From the NCBI GenBank assembly GCA_964558055.1, contig CAZLCM010000001.1:1-47422 (forward strand): a DNA stretch of 47,422 bases, given 5' to 3'. The notes beneath the pieces were generated by a model. That model ran no database searches. It saw only the letters and a program-made list of their open reading frames with translations, and was not told the DNA's origin. The position numbers were made by a program, and so were the translations under genes. The DNA is from an uncultured Isosphaeraceae bacterium (GTDB taxonomy: Bacteria; Planctomycetota; Phycisphaerae; Phycisphaerales; SM1A02). Positions 8,547 to 19,050 of the stretch are shown here, one piece after another (positions within the stretch are counted from its first letter, which is position 1; each line of letters begins with the position of its first letter).

Positions 8547-9559
8547 TTTTGAATAGTAGCATCCATGATTGTTGATAGTTCAGGTTCAGTCATCCATGGA
8601 AGCGACTCTAGTTGCTGAATCAACTTGTTTGGCATCGGTTTACCCTCAAGTTCAAATTTTGGTCGGCTTTTCCACCGCCTATGAAGCCACAAATATTGTT
8701 CTGGGGCGTTTCGAATCATTTGTTCTATCGCCTTGCTGTAACGAGCGGTGATGTAATATAGAGGGTCAGGTTGATTTTCCCAATCTGATGGCTCAATAAA
8801 ATCAGTCGTGGAAATTTCATACTTAAATTTTCCGCCTAAGCGTTTCGCGTGGACTGCAGCAATAGGAACCTTATACCTCATTGCCAGAAGCCCGATTGAT
8901 TTATAAGTCGAAGCAAGTCGACCGAAAAAAGGCACGAACATCCCTCTACCACCAGCATTCTGGTCAGCGATGAACCCAACGTTCGTATTTTCTGAAATAA
9001 GTTCTTGCAAAATTGGGACTCCACCCCATTTTGTTATAACTTGAAGACCATACTTTTCTCGAACTCCAAGCACCCAGTCATTTATCAATTTGTTGTCTAA
9101 TGGTCTTGCAAGTGCTGCGATTGGATAGCCCAGCACAGAGAGAGTGTACCCAAGTAGTTCCCAGTTTCCGCAATGACCGGTTATAAAAATTGTTGGCTTC
9201 TTCTTTGTAAGACGTTCTGTTACCTGTTCAATTCCTCTGAACTCGACATACTTAGAGTACGTAGATGGATTGATTAAGGATGGCATCTGAACACCTTCAG
9301 CTACGAAGAGTTGGAAAAGGTGCTCCATCGAATCTTTCGCTAAAGAAGATACTTTTTCCTCAGACCAGTCAGGGAAACTTGCTTGAATGTTATTTATAGC
9401 CCGTGCACGTCTCGTTGGATTAAGTTTGTAAAACAAATCACCAACCCATTTACAGGACTGCATGTTCATGGACATTGGACAGCAATTAACAACTGAAGCC
9501 AGTGCTCTCAAAGGGAGGTAATGAGACCATTGGGTAAGTGTAGATTGTGTGCGCACCAT
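8543..9559 (-). CDS. lipid A biosynthesis (Kdo2-lipid IVA) acyltransferase family protein (LpxL/HtrB-like)
   Basis: HX4E-type motif ITGHCGNWELLG and the family-typical C-terminus PEQYLWLHRRWK. Its stop overlaps the receiver start (ATGA). Confidence 0.85.
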   Translation of the reverse strand: MVRTQSTLTQWSHYLPLRALASVVNCCPMSMNMQSCKWVGDLFYKLNPTRRARAINNIQASFPDWSEEKVSSLAKDSMEHLFQLFVAEGVQMPSLINPSTYSKYVEFRGIEQVTERLTKKKPTIFITGHCGNWELLGYTLSVLGYPIAALARPLDNKLINDWVLGVREKYGLQVITKWGGVPILQELISENTNVGFIADQNAGGRGMFVPFFGRLASTYKSIGLLAMRYKVPIAAVHAKRLGGKFKYEISTTDFIEPSDWENQPDPLYYITARYSKAIEQMIRNAPEQYLWLHRRWKSRPKFELEGKPMPNKLIQQLESLPWMTEPELSTIMDATIQK

Positions 9560-9594
9560 GATATAAATACTAGGGCAGCGATAAGCCCATCTGC

Positions 9595-10959
9595 TTATCT
9601 AGCTTGTTGGCCTGTTAGAATATTCAGTCGATTTGCAGTTAAAACAGGCACATTGGCAGCTCTTGCATCCTCTAATAGTTGCATATACGATCTATAAGCT
9701 CGTTGCTTGTTAGCATAGTTTTCTAGCATCGTATCGCTGGCACCACTTCTAGGTTTCGAGAGTGGTTCGTGAGGTGTAATACCTAATACTAAGAAATCCA
9801 AGTCGCCTGGGATAGACCCGTTGTCTTCAACGACTACGCCACCCCAGCGTTTAATTCGGTTTTTAACAAAGTCATTAGTTGACTCAGGTACCCCATCACC
9901 ATCAACATCGAAAATGCCATGAACTAAAAAAGAGAATTTATAGTGTGGATCATAAATGGCGTTGACTAGAACATTATTTTTTAGAATAGGTTGGTTTCTG
10001 GTGGATCGTTTGATTTTTGCTGTGGAAGTTGTTTCTCCAACCTTTACAACTTCGATGCTAGCCTTCCCTAAAGCCATATTTCCATCAGCATCTTCTATTA
10101 GATGGTTCGCTGAGTCATAGACCTCAAAAGTCATCCCTAGACGAATTTTATCGACCGAACCTCTATTAATAAAAACCAAATCGTCGTTGCTAACTTCGAT
10201 AACTTCGCCGTCTACAAGAAGAGAAGGGTCGGTTTTATACAGTTCGCCTATATTCCTTTGTTTGCGAAGTTCTTTGAGTTCTCCATTTTGCTTCTCAATG
10301 GTAAGCCTAGCGTCTTCAATTTCATCCTCTAATCCCTGAATCATGTTTTTGAAATCATTGCGAACCTGTGCATTGTTCTTTTTGCTTGAAGTAAACAAAT
10401 CATTTACATCGGAATTCAGTCTTACTGACTCATCTTGGACATCTTGCCATTCACCTTTTACTAATTCAACTTCGTCCAGATTGCTTTTGGCAAGTGCAGC
10501 AAGTTGATCTTCAAGTGATTGAATTGTAGATTTTGCGTTTGCAAGCTCTGAGATGCGTGAATCCAATTCTTGCTGGCGAGAATCTAGTTCTCTTTTTGTA
10601 GAATCCACAGAAAGTGCTAGAGAACTACTTGTTGAAGTGGTGTCTCGAAAAACAGAAGCAATTTCTTCAATAGTGGAGTGTCTGTTTCCAGTTAAAATTT
10701 GGTTTCGTTCTTCTATTTCATTTATCAAGTAACTAACTACAGGTTGTTTACTTTCTAGAGCGAACTCTACAAGCGCATTATTCTCATTACCCTTTGTCGT
10801 ATATGTGCTAAGTGATTTAGTTAGATTCTTGACCTCTTCTTTTTCTGCTCTTCCGCTTGCGTAAAAAACAATACTTAGAACAAGTAAGAAGACCGTTGTA
10901 AGAACAAATACAACCAGAGATACGATGACGCCTGTGCCGGCATTGCTACGAATAGCCAT
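9595..10959 (-). CDS. membrane-anchored coiled-coil protein, unknown function
   Basis: ATG 10959 with GGAG 8 nt upstream. N-terminal TM (VIVSLVVFVLTTVFLLVLSIVFY), about 200 aa of heptad-like charged repeats, and a globular C-terminal half. Confidence 0.7.
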   Translation of the reverse strand: MAIRSNAGTGVIVSLVVFVLTTVFLLVLSIVFYASGRAEKEEVKNLTKSLSTYTTKGNENNALVEFALESKQPVVSYLINEIEERNQILTGNRHSTIEEIASVFRDTTSTSSSLALSVDSTKRELDSRQQELDSRISELANAKSTIQSLEDQLAALAKSNLDEVELVKGEWQDVQDESVRLNSDVNDLFTSSKKNNAQVRNDFKNMIQGLEDEIEDARLTIEKQNGELKELRKQRNIGELYKTDPSLLVDGEVIEVSNDDLVFINRGSVDKIRLGMTFEVYDSANHLIEDADGNMALGKASIEVVKVGETTSTAKIKRSTRNQPILKNNVLVNAIYDPHYKFSFLVHGIFDVDGDGVPESTNDFVKNRIKRWGGVVVEDNGSIPGDLDFLVLGITPHEPLSKPRSGASDTMLENYANKQRAYRSYMQLLEDARAANVPVLTANRLNILTGQQAR

Positions 10960-11302
10960 AAAAAACTCTCCAATTCTCACGCTTGGGATATGCTTAAAGC
11001 GTGAACATTCAGCGGGGATACACGGAACCCCATTAGTGATGGGATAGTGTCTTTAGTTAACACCATTTAGTCAAGTTCAAAGTTTGCTTGATTAGAGATT
11101 CTGGCCTAAAAATACAGTTTTTCTGAGTTTCTGTTCATAAAAATGTGTTTTTTCCAATCCAAATCACTTGATAGAGCGTTTAAAACCACCTTCGGAATCC
11201 AGACAAGAGCATTCTCCGTTATGCGCCCAATTCAAGTGGTATCATGGGTCGTTTTACATCGTAAAAGTAAGAGTTTCAAAAGAATATGAAAGGCAGATTT
11301 GC

Positions 11303-12631
11303 ATGACAGTTACCCCTTCGGAAGTACATAAGATATTAGGTAAATATCAACTCACAGATGGTTACGATCTCGTGGTCGATCTTGATAAATCACACGGTGT
11401 ATGGGTTCATGATTCCGCAAGTGGAAAAGATTTCCTAGACGCTTTTACATGTTTTGCTTCTTGGCCACTTGGATTCAACCATCCAGAACTTATGGAAGAG
11501 CAATTCAGTGATGAGATTTTGAAGGTATCCAGAAATAAAATTGCAAACTCTGATTTATACACAACCGAATTAGCAGAGTTTGTTGAAGCGTTTGGTTCAA
11601 AGGTAACTCCAGAAGATTATCCTCACCATTTTTGGGTTTCTGGCGGTGCTCTTGCAGTTGAAAACGCTTTAAAAACAGCGTTTGATTGGAAGGCAAGAAA
11701 ACTTGGAAGGACAAATTTCCTTGATGACGTCAATGATTTAGTTGTTCTACATTTTAATCAAGCTTTCCATGGTCGCTCTGGATATACCATGAGTTTAACC
11801 AACACATTGCCAGATAAAATTGGTCTATATCCAAAGTTTAACTGGCCGCGAGTATCGAATCCATTTTGCGAATTTGATAATGATGGGAATGTAATTAACG
11901 ATATTGAATCTGCAGAGGCAAAAACTTACGAAGAAATAGAACGTGCATTTGCTGAACACTCAAATCGAATTGCAGCAATAGTAATCGAACCAATGCAGGG
12001 CGAAGGTGGGGACAACCACTTCCGTGACGAATTCCTTGAAAAACTAAGGCAATTTGCTGATGAAAGAGAAGCACTTCTGATATTCGATGAAGTCCAAACT
12101 GGATTTTACGGCTCTGGTAAACCATGGTATTGGCAACACACAACCGTTCGACCAGATATCGTCAGTTTCGGTAAAAAAACACAGACATGTGGCATTTATG
12201 CAAACAGAAGAGTAGATGAAATTGTTGACAATGTGTTTAAACTATCAAGTCGTATTAATTCAACTTGGGGTGGCAATTTAGTTGATATGGTTCGCTGCAC
12301 TCAATTTATCAAGATTATTGAACGGGATAACATTGCTGAACTTGTAACAAAAGTTGGTGATTATGTTATTGATGGTCTGCGCTCCATCGCTAAGGAAACC
12401 GATGTATTTACAAGTGTACGAGGTAAGGGTTCGTTAATTGCGTTTACCATGCCAACCCAAGATCACAGAACAGCAATCCTCAAAGCATTTTGGGATGCAG
12501 GAGTCATCGCACTTCCTTGCGGAACAAGGTCTGTTCGCTTCCGTTTACCATTAGTTATGACCATTGAAGATGCGAGCGAATTACTGAACAGGACGCAAGT
12601 AGCCGTAAGCAGTTTGGCTTCTGCGGTGTAA
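11303..12631 (+). CDS. lat: L-lysine 6-transaminase (class III aminotransferase, Lat-type)
   Basis: Strong family motifs: GGALAVENALKTAFDWK, AFHGRSGYTMSLTN, EPMQGEGGDNHF, LLIFDEVQTG, SFGKKTQTCG, NSTWGGNL. ATG 11303 (MTVTPSEV) gives 442 aa. Confidence 0.85.
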   Translation: MTVTPSEVHKILGKYQLTDGYDLVVDLDKSHGVWVHDSASGKDFLDAFTCFASWPLGFNHPELMEEQFSDEILKVSRNKIANSDLYTTELAEFVEAFGSKVTPEDYPHHFWVSGGALAVENALKTAFDWKARKLGRTNFLDDVNDLVVLHFNQAFHGRSGYTMSLTNTLPDKIGLYPKFNWPRVSNPFCEFDNDGNVINDIESAEAKTYEEIERAFAEHSNRIAAIVIEPMQGEGGDNHFRDEFLEKLRQFADEREALLIFDEVQTGFYGSGKPWYWQHTTVRPDIVSFGKKTQTCGIYANRRVDEIVDNVFKLSSRINSTWGGNLVDMVRCTQFIKIIERDNIAELVTKVGDYVIDGLRSIAKETDVFTSVRGKGSLIAFTMPTQDHRTAILKAFWDAGVIALPCGTRSVRFRLPLVMTIEDASELLNRTQVAVSSLASAV

Positions 12632-12633
12632 AA

Positions 12634-13809
12634 TTGCAAAGTGCTGCAGCAATAAGTGAGCACCTTGATACCCGTACTGCGGCAATAGAAGTTGCCGCAT
12701 TGTTAGAAAATACACTATCAAGCAATGTCGATTTAGTTATTGTCTTTGCAAGTTTTCATCACCGCGAAACTCTTTCAGAGGCAATCAAGGATATACGCCA
12801 AACACTTTCTCCTCAAACCATCATTGGTTTGACAACAGAGTCCGTTGTTGGATGTGATTTGGAACTAGAGGGGGTGTCTGGTCTTTCTGCAATAGCATTT
12901 TGTTTACCTGGAGTAACTGTAACACCTTGGACAACGACTCCAGAAGAACCAATACCAATTTCGAAACCTGAAAAGATTCCCGATTGGATTGGGCTCCAAG
13001 ACGATTCTAGAGGGGCGTTTCTATTCGCTGACCCATTTTCAACACCAATCACACGTCTCTTGCCTGCGCTTGTTAACTGCAGAGGAGAAAACAATCCACT
13101 TCCTATTTTCGGCGGCATGGCATCTGGTGCATCTCAAGCAAGATATAACCGACTTTTTTTGAACGATCAAGCACTTAGGAGCGGGGGAGTTGGAATTACA
13201 CTTTCAGGACCAATTAAATTGGATTGTGTACTAAGTCAGGGCTGCAGACCTATAGGGGAGCATTTTAGAGTAACCAAAGTTGATAGGAATGTTGTTCTTG
13301 AATTAGGCGGAAAACCTGCTCTTGAAGTTCTTAAGGACTTAGCAATGCACGCAAGCGTTGATGAACAAGATTTTTTGCAAGGGGGGCTCTTGTTAGGAAG
13401 TGTGATTGACGAGAATCGTTCGCACTTTGGAAGAGGAGATTTTTTGGTTCGCTCGGTGTTAGGTATAGATAGAAAACGCAAAGGCATTGCAGCAGGAGAA
13501 TTTTATCGGTTAGGAAAAACGGTTAAATTTCATATCCGTGATCCGCAAACTGCTGCTGAGGACCTACAACTTTTACTAGATGCTCAACAACTGGATTCTC
13601 AACCATTCGCAGGGCTGCTTGTAACTTGTAATGGTCGTGGAAGGAGTTTGTTCCACGAAGAAGACCACGACTTGAATATTATTCGTCAACGAATTGGTGA
13701 AGTGCCAATTGCGGGATTTTTTGCTGCAGGAGAAATTGGACCTATTGGGGGTCGTTCTTTTTTACATGGTCACTCAACATGTTTAACTTTGTTCCGACAA
13801 GAACCGTGA
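12634..13809 (+). CDS. FIST-domain protein (FIST_N + FIST_C), stand-alone
   Basis: GGMASG...SQGCRPIG...ELGGKPAL...CNGRGRSLF...IAGFFAAGEIGPIG pattern. TTG start 2 nt after the lat stop. Confidence 0.75.
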   Translation: MQSAAAISEHLDTRTAAIEVAALLENTLSSNVDLVIVFASFHHRETLSEAIKDIRQTLSPQTIIGLTTESVVGCDLELEGVSGLSAIAFCLPGVTVTPWTTTPEEPIPISKPEKIPDWIGLQDDSRGAFLFADPFSTPITRLLPALVNCRGENNPLPIFGGMASGASQARYNRLFLNDQALRSGGVGITLSGPIKLDCVLSQGCRPIGEHFRVTKVDRNVVLELGGKPALEVLKDLAMHASVDEQDFLQGGLLLGSVIDENRSHFGRGDFLVRSVLGIDRKRKGIAAGEFYRLGKTVKFHIRDPQTAAEDLQLLLDAQQLDSQPFAGLLVTCNGRGRSLFHEEDHDLNIIRQRIGEVPIAGFFAAGEIGPIGGRSFLHGHSTCLTLFRQEP

Positions 13810-13815
13810 AGACAA

Positions 13816-14415
13816 CTACTCAATTGAATTCAGTTTTAAGTACTCGTCTTCTTTTACAATAGTTATCTTTTTGAATTTGTAATCTCTTGCCACATGTTGT
13901 CTTAGTGAGATTATTGTAAAACTACCATCTTCAATAGTTGAAACATCACTCAAACGGTTACCCTTAATCATTCTCTGTAGCGTTTTTGCCAAATCCCTTC
14001 GGTTGTTTTCAAAGAATGATTGAAATTCAGAATATCCATTTTCACGTGTCTCAAAATAGTATTTTGCATCTTCGCTTAAAACTTGATTATGCAATAAATC
14101 CCAGTCCCTATCTTTGAGGCAAGTTAACAATTGTGTGAGAAGATGTTCTGGCAATACGGCTCGAAGTGTGATAACACCCGTAAGTTCATCTACTTCATGC
14201 ATCTTTATCGAGTCCAAATATTTTTGAACTTCTGGTGTGTTTGAGCCACCGATGGGTGCGTATCTAACAACGGTACCATCATCTAGAGTAACCTCATTAT
14301 CTACACTATTATTCAAAGAATAGTGCCAGGCGGGTCTGGTACGGTACTCAACCTTTTGAGTTTGGCAACCAGTTCCTAACAAGCAAACAATTAGGATTAA
14401 TCGCCAAGGAGACAT
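13816..14415 (-). CDS. lipoprotein, unknown function
   Basis: Lipobox LLGTGC after MSPWRLILIVC. The start overlaps the stop of the upstream propeller gene by 1 nt (TAATG). Confidence 0.7.
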   Translation of the reverse strand: MSPWRLILIVCLLGTGCQTQKVEYRTRPAWHYSLNNSVDNEVTLDDGTVVRYAPIGGSNTPEVQKYLDSIKMHEVDELTGVITLRAVLPEHLLTQLLTCLKDRDWDLLHNQVLSEDAKYYFETRENGYSEFQSFFENNRRDLAKTLQRMIKGNRLSDVSTIEDGSFTIISLRQHVARDYKFKKITIVKEDEYLKLNSIE

Positions 14416-15524
14416 TAGTGTCCAACTACAGTTGGTCCTGCTTCAAGGTCGAACAAAAAAGGCGCAACCCAAAGTTGGCTAGTTCCTGTTTCTCTCTTAC
14501 TCGTCCACATAAGGGTGTCGCCCTTGGCGTTGAATACAGGTAGTCCATCAAAACCATCGGCGTGTGTAATTCGACGCTTACGAACTCCATACCTAGTAGT
14601 TCCGTCGGTGTTGCCACTATCTGCATCGCAAACAAAGAGTTCATAGTTACGGTGGCTTACTTGGCTTGTTGCGTAGATAAGGAATCGATTATTTGGGTGC
14701 CAAAAAGGTCCCCAGTTTACATGTTCATTGTCAGTGAGTTGGTACTCTTTTTCTATACCTACGATTGAACCATCATCATCAAACTTAAGTTCTGCAACGT
14801 AAAGTTGAAGCAAATCATTTCCTCGTCTGTCCGAACGATAGACAATTCTTTTTCCATCAGGCGAGAAGAAGGGTCCACCGTCATATCCCGTGTCCCCAAC
14901 AACAAGACGGTGGGTGCCACTTTCCAAATCAGTGATGTAAATGTCACCCGAACCAGAAGCAAGAGAACAGTAAACTAAATGCCTAGCATCTGGGCTCCAA
15001 GAACCCTCGGCGAGGTAGTACTCGTCATCTGTAACCAACTCAGCAACCTCTCCTGTATCAAGATTATGGGAGACAATATTCATTTTTGGAGGAAATGCCC
15101 ACCTATATCGTCCCGAGCCCCTTTGGTATCCGGGAATGTCTCCATCAACAAGAGGTGTCGTAGTCGTTGCATACAAGACCAAGGACTCGTCTTCTGGATG
15201 GAACCACCCACAAGTATTCGCAGATCCCTCATTATTTAGGCGAATGATATTTTCCAATCCACTTATTTTGCTATTCTCATCGAAGGTCAAGTCGCCAAGA
15301 TACATTCCGTAATCGTCATCGGGCTCTTGCCCAGGTTCTGGATGCTCGATTGCTTGAAAAATAACTCGTTTACAAGCAGGGTCAAAATACGATTCACCCG
15401 CTTTTAGGAAGACATCTGGGTTTGTTAGAAGAACAGGTTTTCCGATTTTTCCCGCTTCATCTGGATGAAGGGGGGATGATTGCCCTACAAGTAACGAAAG
15501 CAATAGTGTCATACAATAATTCAT
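14415..15524 (-). CDS. TolB-like / PD40 beta-propeller repeat protein, secreted
   Basis: Signal peptide, then repeated PD40-like units (SWSPDARHLVY, PFFSPDGKRIVYRSDR, PFWHPNNRFLIY). Confidence 0.75.
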   Translation of the reverse strand: MNYCMTLLLSLLVGQSSPLHPDEAGKIGKPVLLTNPDVFLKAGESYFDPACKRVIFQAIEHPEPGQEPDDDYGMYLGDLTFDENSKISGLENIIRLNNEGSANTCGWFHPEDESLVLYATTTTPLVDGDIPGYQRGSGRYRWAFPPKMNIVSHNLDTGEVAELVTDDEYYLAEGSWSPDARHLVYCSLASGSGDIYITDLESGTHRLVVGDTGYDGGPFFSPDGKRIVYRSDRRGNDLLQLYVAELKFDDDGSIVGIEKEYQLTDNEHVNWGPFWHPNNRFLIYATSQVSHRNYELFVCDADSGNTDGTTRYGVRKRRITHADGFDGLPVFNAKGDTLMWTSKRETGTSQLWVAPFLFDLEAGPTVVGH

Positions 15525-15537
15525 TGAGTAATTCCTT

Positions 15538-16206
15538 TTGAGTGAACAAACTGTACATCATACGCCTCCTGAACACTTTCCGCACGAAGTTCCGGTTCTT
15601 TATCACGATGATTGGCTTGTAGTTTTAGACAAACCATCGGGCTTGTTGAGTGTCAAGGGGATTGGTATAGACAAAATCGATTGCCTCGCTGTTCGTGTTG
15701 CCTCTGCAATCGAGGGGGCTAGGATCGTACATCGATTAGACATGGATACTTCGGGTGTTATTGTGATGGCAAAGAACGCAGATATACACCGTGAACTTAG
15801 CCGCCAATTTCAAGACCGAGAGGTTAAAAAAACATACATCGCAGTCGTCAGCGGAGAAGTTGGCGAAGAATCTGGCTTGATAGATTTGCCTATTCGTAAA
15901 GATTTGGACAATCCACCACGACAGTGTGTAGATTTTGAACGCGGTAAGCCCTCTCAAACAACCTGGAGAGTTCTAGAAAGACATCGTGAGAGAACTCGGT
16001 TAGAACTCAAGCCAATTACTGGCCGGTCTCATCAACTTCGAATTCATCTGCGTGAAATCGGTCACCCAATTTTAGGTGATGATTTGTATGCAAGTAGGTC
16101 TGAGCAACAAATGGTATCAAGGTTGCAGTTGCACTCACAGAATCTTGAGTTAGTTCATCCAGTTTCTAAATTGAAAATAGAATTTACAGCAGAGTGTCCA
16201 TTTTAA
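15538..16206 (+). CDS. RluA-family pseudouridine synthase (no S4 domain)
   Basis: VLDKPSGLLSV and catalytic HRLDMDTSGVIVMAKN, plus GRSHQLRIHL. TTG start is the only in-frame option. Confidence 0.85.
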   Translation: MSEQTVHHTPPEHFPHEVPVLYHDDWLVVLDKPSGLLSVKGIGIDKIDCLAVRVASAIEGARIVHRLDMDTSGVIVMAKNADIHRELSRQFQDREVKKTYIAVVSGEVGEESGLIDLPIRKDLDNPPRQCVDFERGKPSQTTWRVLERHRERTRLELKPITGRSHQLRIHLREIGHPILGDDLYASRSEQQMVSRLQLHSQNLELVHPVSKLKIEFTAECPF

Positions 16207-16236
16207 AAAAGGCATGGAATGATCCATGCCTTTTTT
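16205..16236. terminator. bidirectional intrinsic terminator between the RluA-family gene and clpC
   Basis: AAAAAA GGCATGG aatgat CCATGCC TTTTTT: a 7-bp GC-rich stem flanked by an A-run and a T-run. Confidence 0.85.
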
Positions 16237-16254
16237 AAAAATAATTGTCGATTG

Positions 16255-18780
16255 TTATCCGCTTGTTCCAGTTGGTTCTGGCTCTGGTTCTTCGGTTTTC
16301 TTTTCATTAGTAACACTAAAGAAAAGATGTTCATCGCCATCTTTGTAATCAATATCAATGTGATCACCAGAGGAGTAATCTCCGCTTAGAAGTGCTTCAG
16401 CAAGCGGGTCTTCGATAAATGTACCAAGTGCTCTACGAAGAGGTCTAGCGCCAAAGTCAGGGTTGTATCCTTTTTCTATGAGGAAATCCTTGGCACCCTG
16501 TTCAAGTTTCATAGTAAGTCCCTTATCCTCTAAGCGGGATACGATTTTTGCAAGTTCAATATCAATGATTGAGTAAAGGTCTTCTTTTGTGAGCGGTTGG
16601 AAAACGACAATATCGTCAAGTCGGTTGATAAACTCTGGTCGGAAGAATTTTTCTGTTTCTGTTAGAAGTTGTTTCTTCAGTTTATCGTAGTCCATTACTT
16701 CTTCACGTTTACCAAATCCAAACGACTGTCCACCCTTAATAAGGTCAGAACCGATGTTGGAAGTCAAGATAATGATAGTATTTCTAAAGTCCACGTGGCG
16801 ACCAAAGGAATCAGTAAGGCGTCCTTCTTCCATAATTTGTAACAACATATTAAACACGTCGCCATGAGCCTTTTCTACTTCATCGAAAAGTACAACAGCG
16901 TATGGCTTGCGTCGGATTTTTTCTGTTATTTGACCACCTTCTTCGTAGCCAACATATCCGGGAGGAGCACCAACTAAACGTGAGACAGTATGCTTCTCCA
17001 TGTACTCTGACATATCAAGGTGTACGAGCGAGTCAGCATCACCAAACATAAATTCAGCAAGAGCTTTTGCAAGAAGCGTCTTTCCAACTCCAGTAGGCCC
17101 AAGGAACAAGAATGAGCCCATTGGACGATTAGGATCTTTAAGACCACTTCGTGACTTTCGAATCGCTTTTGCAATTTGTGTAATTCCGTCATGTTGACTA
17201 ATTACAGTTTTGTGTAACTCATCTTCTAACTGCAAGAGACGTTGTGATTCCGCTTCTTCTAGACGAGTTAGTGGCACACCAGTCATGCTTGAGACAACCT
17301 CAGCGATTGTGTTCTCATCTACTTCAGCGGTGATTTCGTTCATCTGTTCACGCCACTCTTTTTGAAGTTCGTCTTTCTTTGAACGAAGTTTTTCGGCTTC
17401 GTCTCGCAGTGATGCAGCAGCTTCGTAATCCGCGCCTTTGACGGCTTCATCCTTTTTGACTTTAAGCAACTCAAGTTGCTCTTCGTAGTCAGCCATTGAC
17501 GGGGGTTTCGTCATGGATTTTAATCGGACACGTGCACCAGCTTCATCGATTACATCTATCGATTTATCTGGCTGGACACGGTCGGAAATGTACCGATTTG
17601 ATAGTTCTACGGATGCTAAGATTGCTTCATCTGTGTATTGGACACGGTGGTGCTTTTCGTACCGTTCCTTAAGACCCTTAAGGATTTCGATTGTGTCTTC
17701 TTTGCTAGGTGGGTTTACAACGATAGACTGAAATCGACGCTCTAGCGCGTTATCTTTTTCGATGTATTTTCGATATTCGTCGAATGTAGTTGCACCAATG
17801 CACTGTATTTCTCCACGAGAAAGCGCGGGTTTAAGAACGTTCGATGCATCAATAGCACCTTCTGCTCCACCTGCACCGACGAGAGTGTGTAGTTCATCGA
17901 TGAATAGTAGAATATTTTTAGCACGTTTAACTTCATTCATTACGGCTTTAATTCGTTCTTCAAACTGCCCGCGGTATTTTGTGCCAGCAACCATCATTGC
18001 TAAATCGAGCACGATAACGCGTCGACCGTGAAGCAAGTCAGGAACTTCATTCACAACTATTCGTTGAGCAAGTCCTTCTATAATTGCGGTCTTACCGACG
18101 CCTGCTTCACCGATTAGGACGGGGTTATTTTTCGTACGTCGACAAAGAATTTGTACGAGTCGTTCGATCTCTTCGTGTCTGCCAATTACAGGATCGAGTT
18201 CTTCTTTTTTTGCGAGTTCAGTAAGGTCTCTACCAAAACTGTCAAGAGCGGGGGTCTTACTTTTGCCTCGGCGAGGAGCTGGGCTTGGCGCTTCACCGTG
18301 TGGTTCCATGCCTTCGTCGTCTATTTCTTCAACTTGGTTAACACCAGCACCCAATAGGTTTAGGACCTCTTCGCGAACATCTTCTAGTTTTAAACCAAGA
18401 TTCATCAAAACTTGTGCTGCAACACCATCTTGCTCTCGGAGCAAGCCAAGAAGAAGGTGTTCAGTTCCGACGTAATTGTGGTTCAATGATCTGGCTTCTT
18501 CGATTGCGTACTCGATAACTTTTTTGGCACGCGGGGTTTGCGGAAGTTTGCCCATTGTGACCATATCTGGTCCACTTTTTACAAGTTTTTCCACTTCAAG
18601 CCGGACTTTACGAAGATCAATTTCAAGATGCTTTAAGACATTTGCACCAACTCCTGAACCTTCTTTTACAAGACCGAGCAGTATGTGCTCAGTTCCGATG
18701 TATTCGTGGTTAAAGCGTTGTGCCTCTTGATTTGCAAGAGCCATGACTTTTCTAGCGCGATCTGTTAGACGTTCAAACAT
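16255..18780 (-). CDS. clpC: ATP-dependent Clp protease ATP-binding subunit ClpC
   Basis: Duplicated Clp_N repeats, Walker A GEAGVGKT and GPTGVGKT, a UVR-like linker ([12 protein letters not shown]). 841 aa. Confidence 0.95.
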   Translation of the reverse strand: MFERLTDRARKVMALANQEAQRFNHEYIGTEHILLGLVKEGSGVGANVLKHLEIDLRKVRLEVEKLVKSGPDMVTMGKLPQTPRAKKVIEYAIEEARSLNHNYVGTEHLLLGLLREQDGVAAQVLMNLGLKLEDVREEVLNLLGAGVNQVEEIDDEGMEPHGEAPSPAPRRGKSKTPALDSFGRDLTELAKKEELDPVIGRHEEIERLVQILCRRTKNNPVLIGEAGVGKTAIIEGLAQRIVVNEVPDLLHGRRVIVLDLAMMVAGTKYRGQFEERIKAVMNEVKRAKNILLFIDELHTLVGAGGAEGAIDASNVLKPALSRGEIQCIGATTFDEYRKYIEKDNALERRFQSIVVNPPSKEDTIEILKGLKERYEKHHRVQYTDEAILASVELSNRYISDRVQPDKSIDVIDEAGARVRLKSMTKPPSMADYEEQLELLKVKKDEAVKGADYEAAASLRDEAEKLRSKKDELQKEWREQMNEITAEVDENTIAEVVSSMTGVPLTRLEEAESQRLLQLEDELHKTVISQHDGITQIAKAIRKSRSGLKDPNRPMGSFLFLGPTGVGKTLLAKALAEFMFGDADSLVHLDMSEYMEKHTVSRLVGAPPGYVGYEEGGQITEKIRRKPYAVVLFDEVEKAHGDVFNMLLQIMEEGRLTDSFGRHVDFRNTIIILTSNIGSDLIKGGQSFGFGKREEVMDYDKLKKQLLTETEKFFRPEFINRLDDIVVFQPLTKEDLYSIIDIELAKIVSRLEDKGLTMKLEQGAKDFLIEKGYNPDFGARPLRRALGTFIEDPLAEALLSGDYSSGDHIDIDYKDGDEHLFFSVTNEKKTEEPEPEPTGTSG

Positions 18781-18935
18781 AGTTCAATTCTCCAGTCCTG
18801 CATGATATGCGGGATAAGCTTCCGGAGGGCATAAAAACGACCCTCACTATAGAACAATCGGTGCAAGTCCCATTCCATTTTAGAACTTCTTTAGATTATG
18901 TAAAAAAAGGCTAGTTAACCCAAAAATCGTAGCCC

Positions 18936-18964
18936 GTATTAGGCATATTCGTCTGTTTTGACAA
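18936..18964 (-). promoter_or_regulatory. candidate clpC promoter
   Basis: On the minus strand: TTGTCA (18964-18959), 17-nt spacer, TAATAC (18941-18936). Confidence 0.3.
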
Positions 18965-19050
18965 TACCACTATGAAGATGTGCCAAACTGGCACTATCTT
19001 TAAGGTGCCCGCAGAATTAGCAATATTTTGTGTTGCAAAGGGTAGTGGAA

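Noticed and set aside
11168-11302. Long 5' extensions of several ORFs in the track (11168-11302 lat, 7322-7447, 3443-3586, 32569-32664, 23417-23458, 25090-25134)
   Set aside because: These extensions start at non-ATG or poorly placed codons, or overlap neighbouring genes or promoters, and they lack family-conserved sequence. Internal ATGs give the canonical N-termini (signal peptides, MKILLTNDDG, MTVTPSEV).
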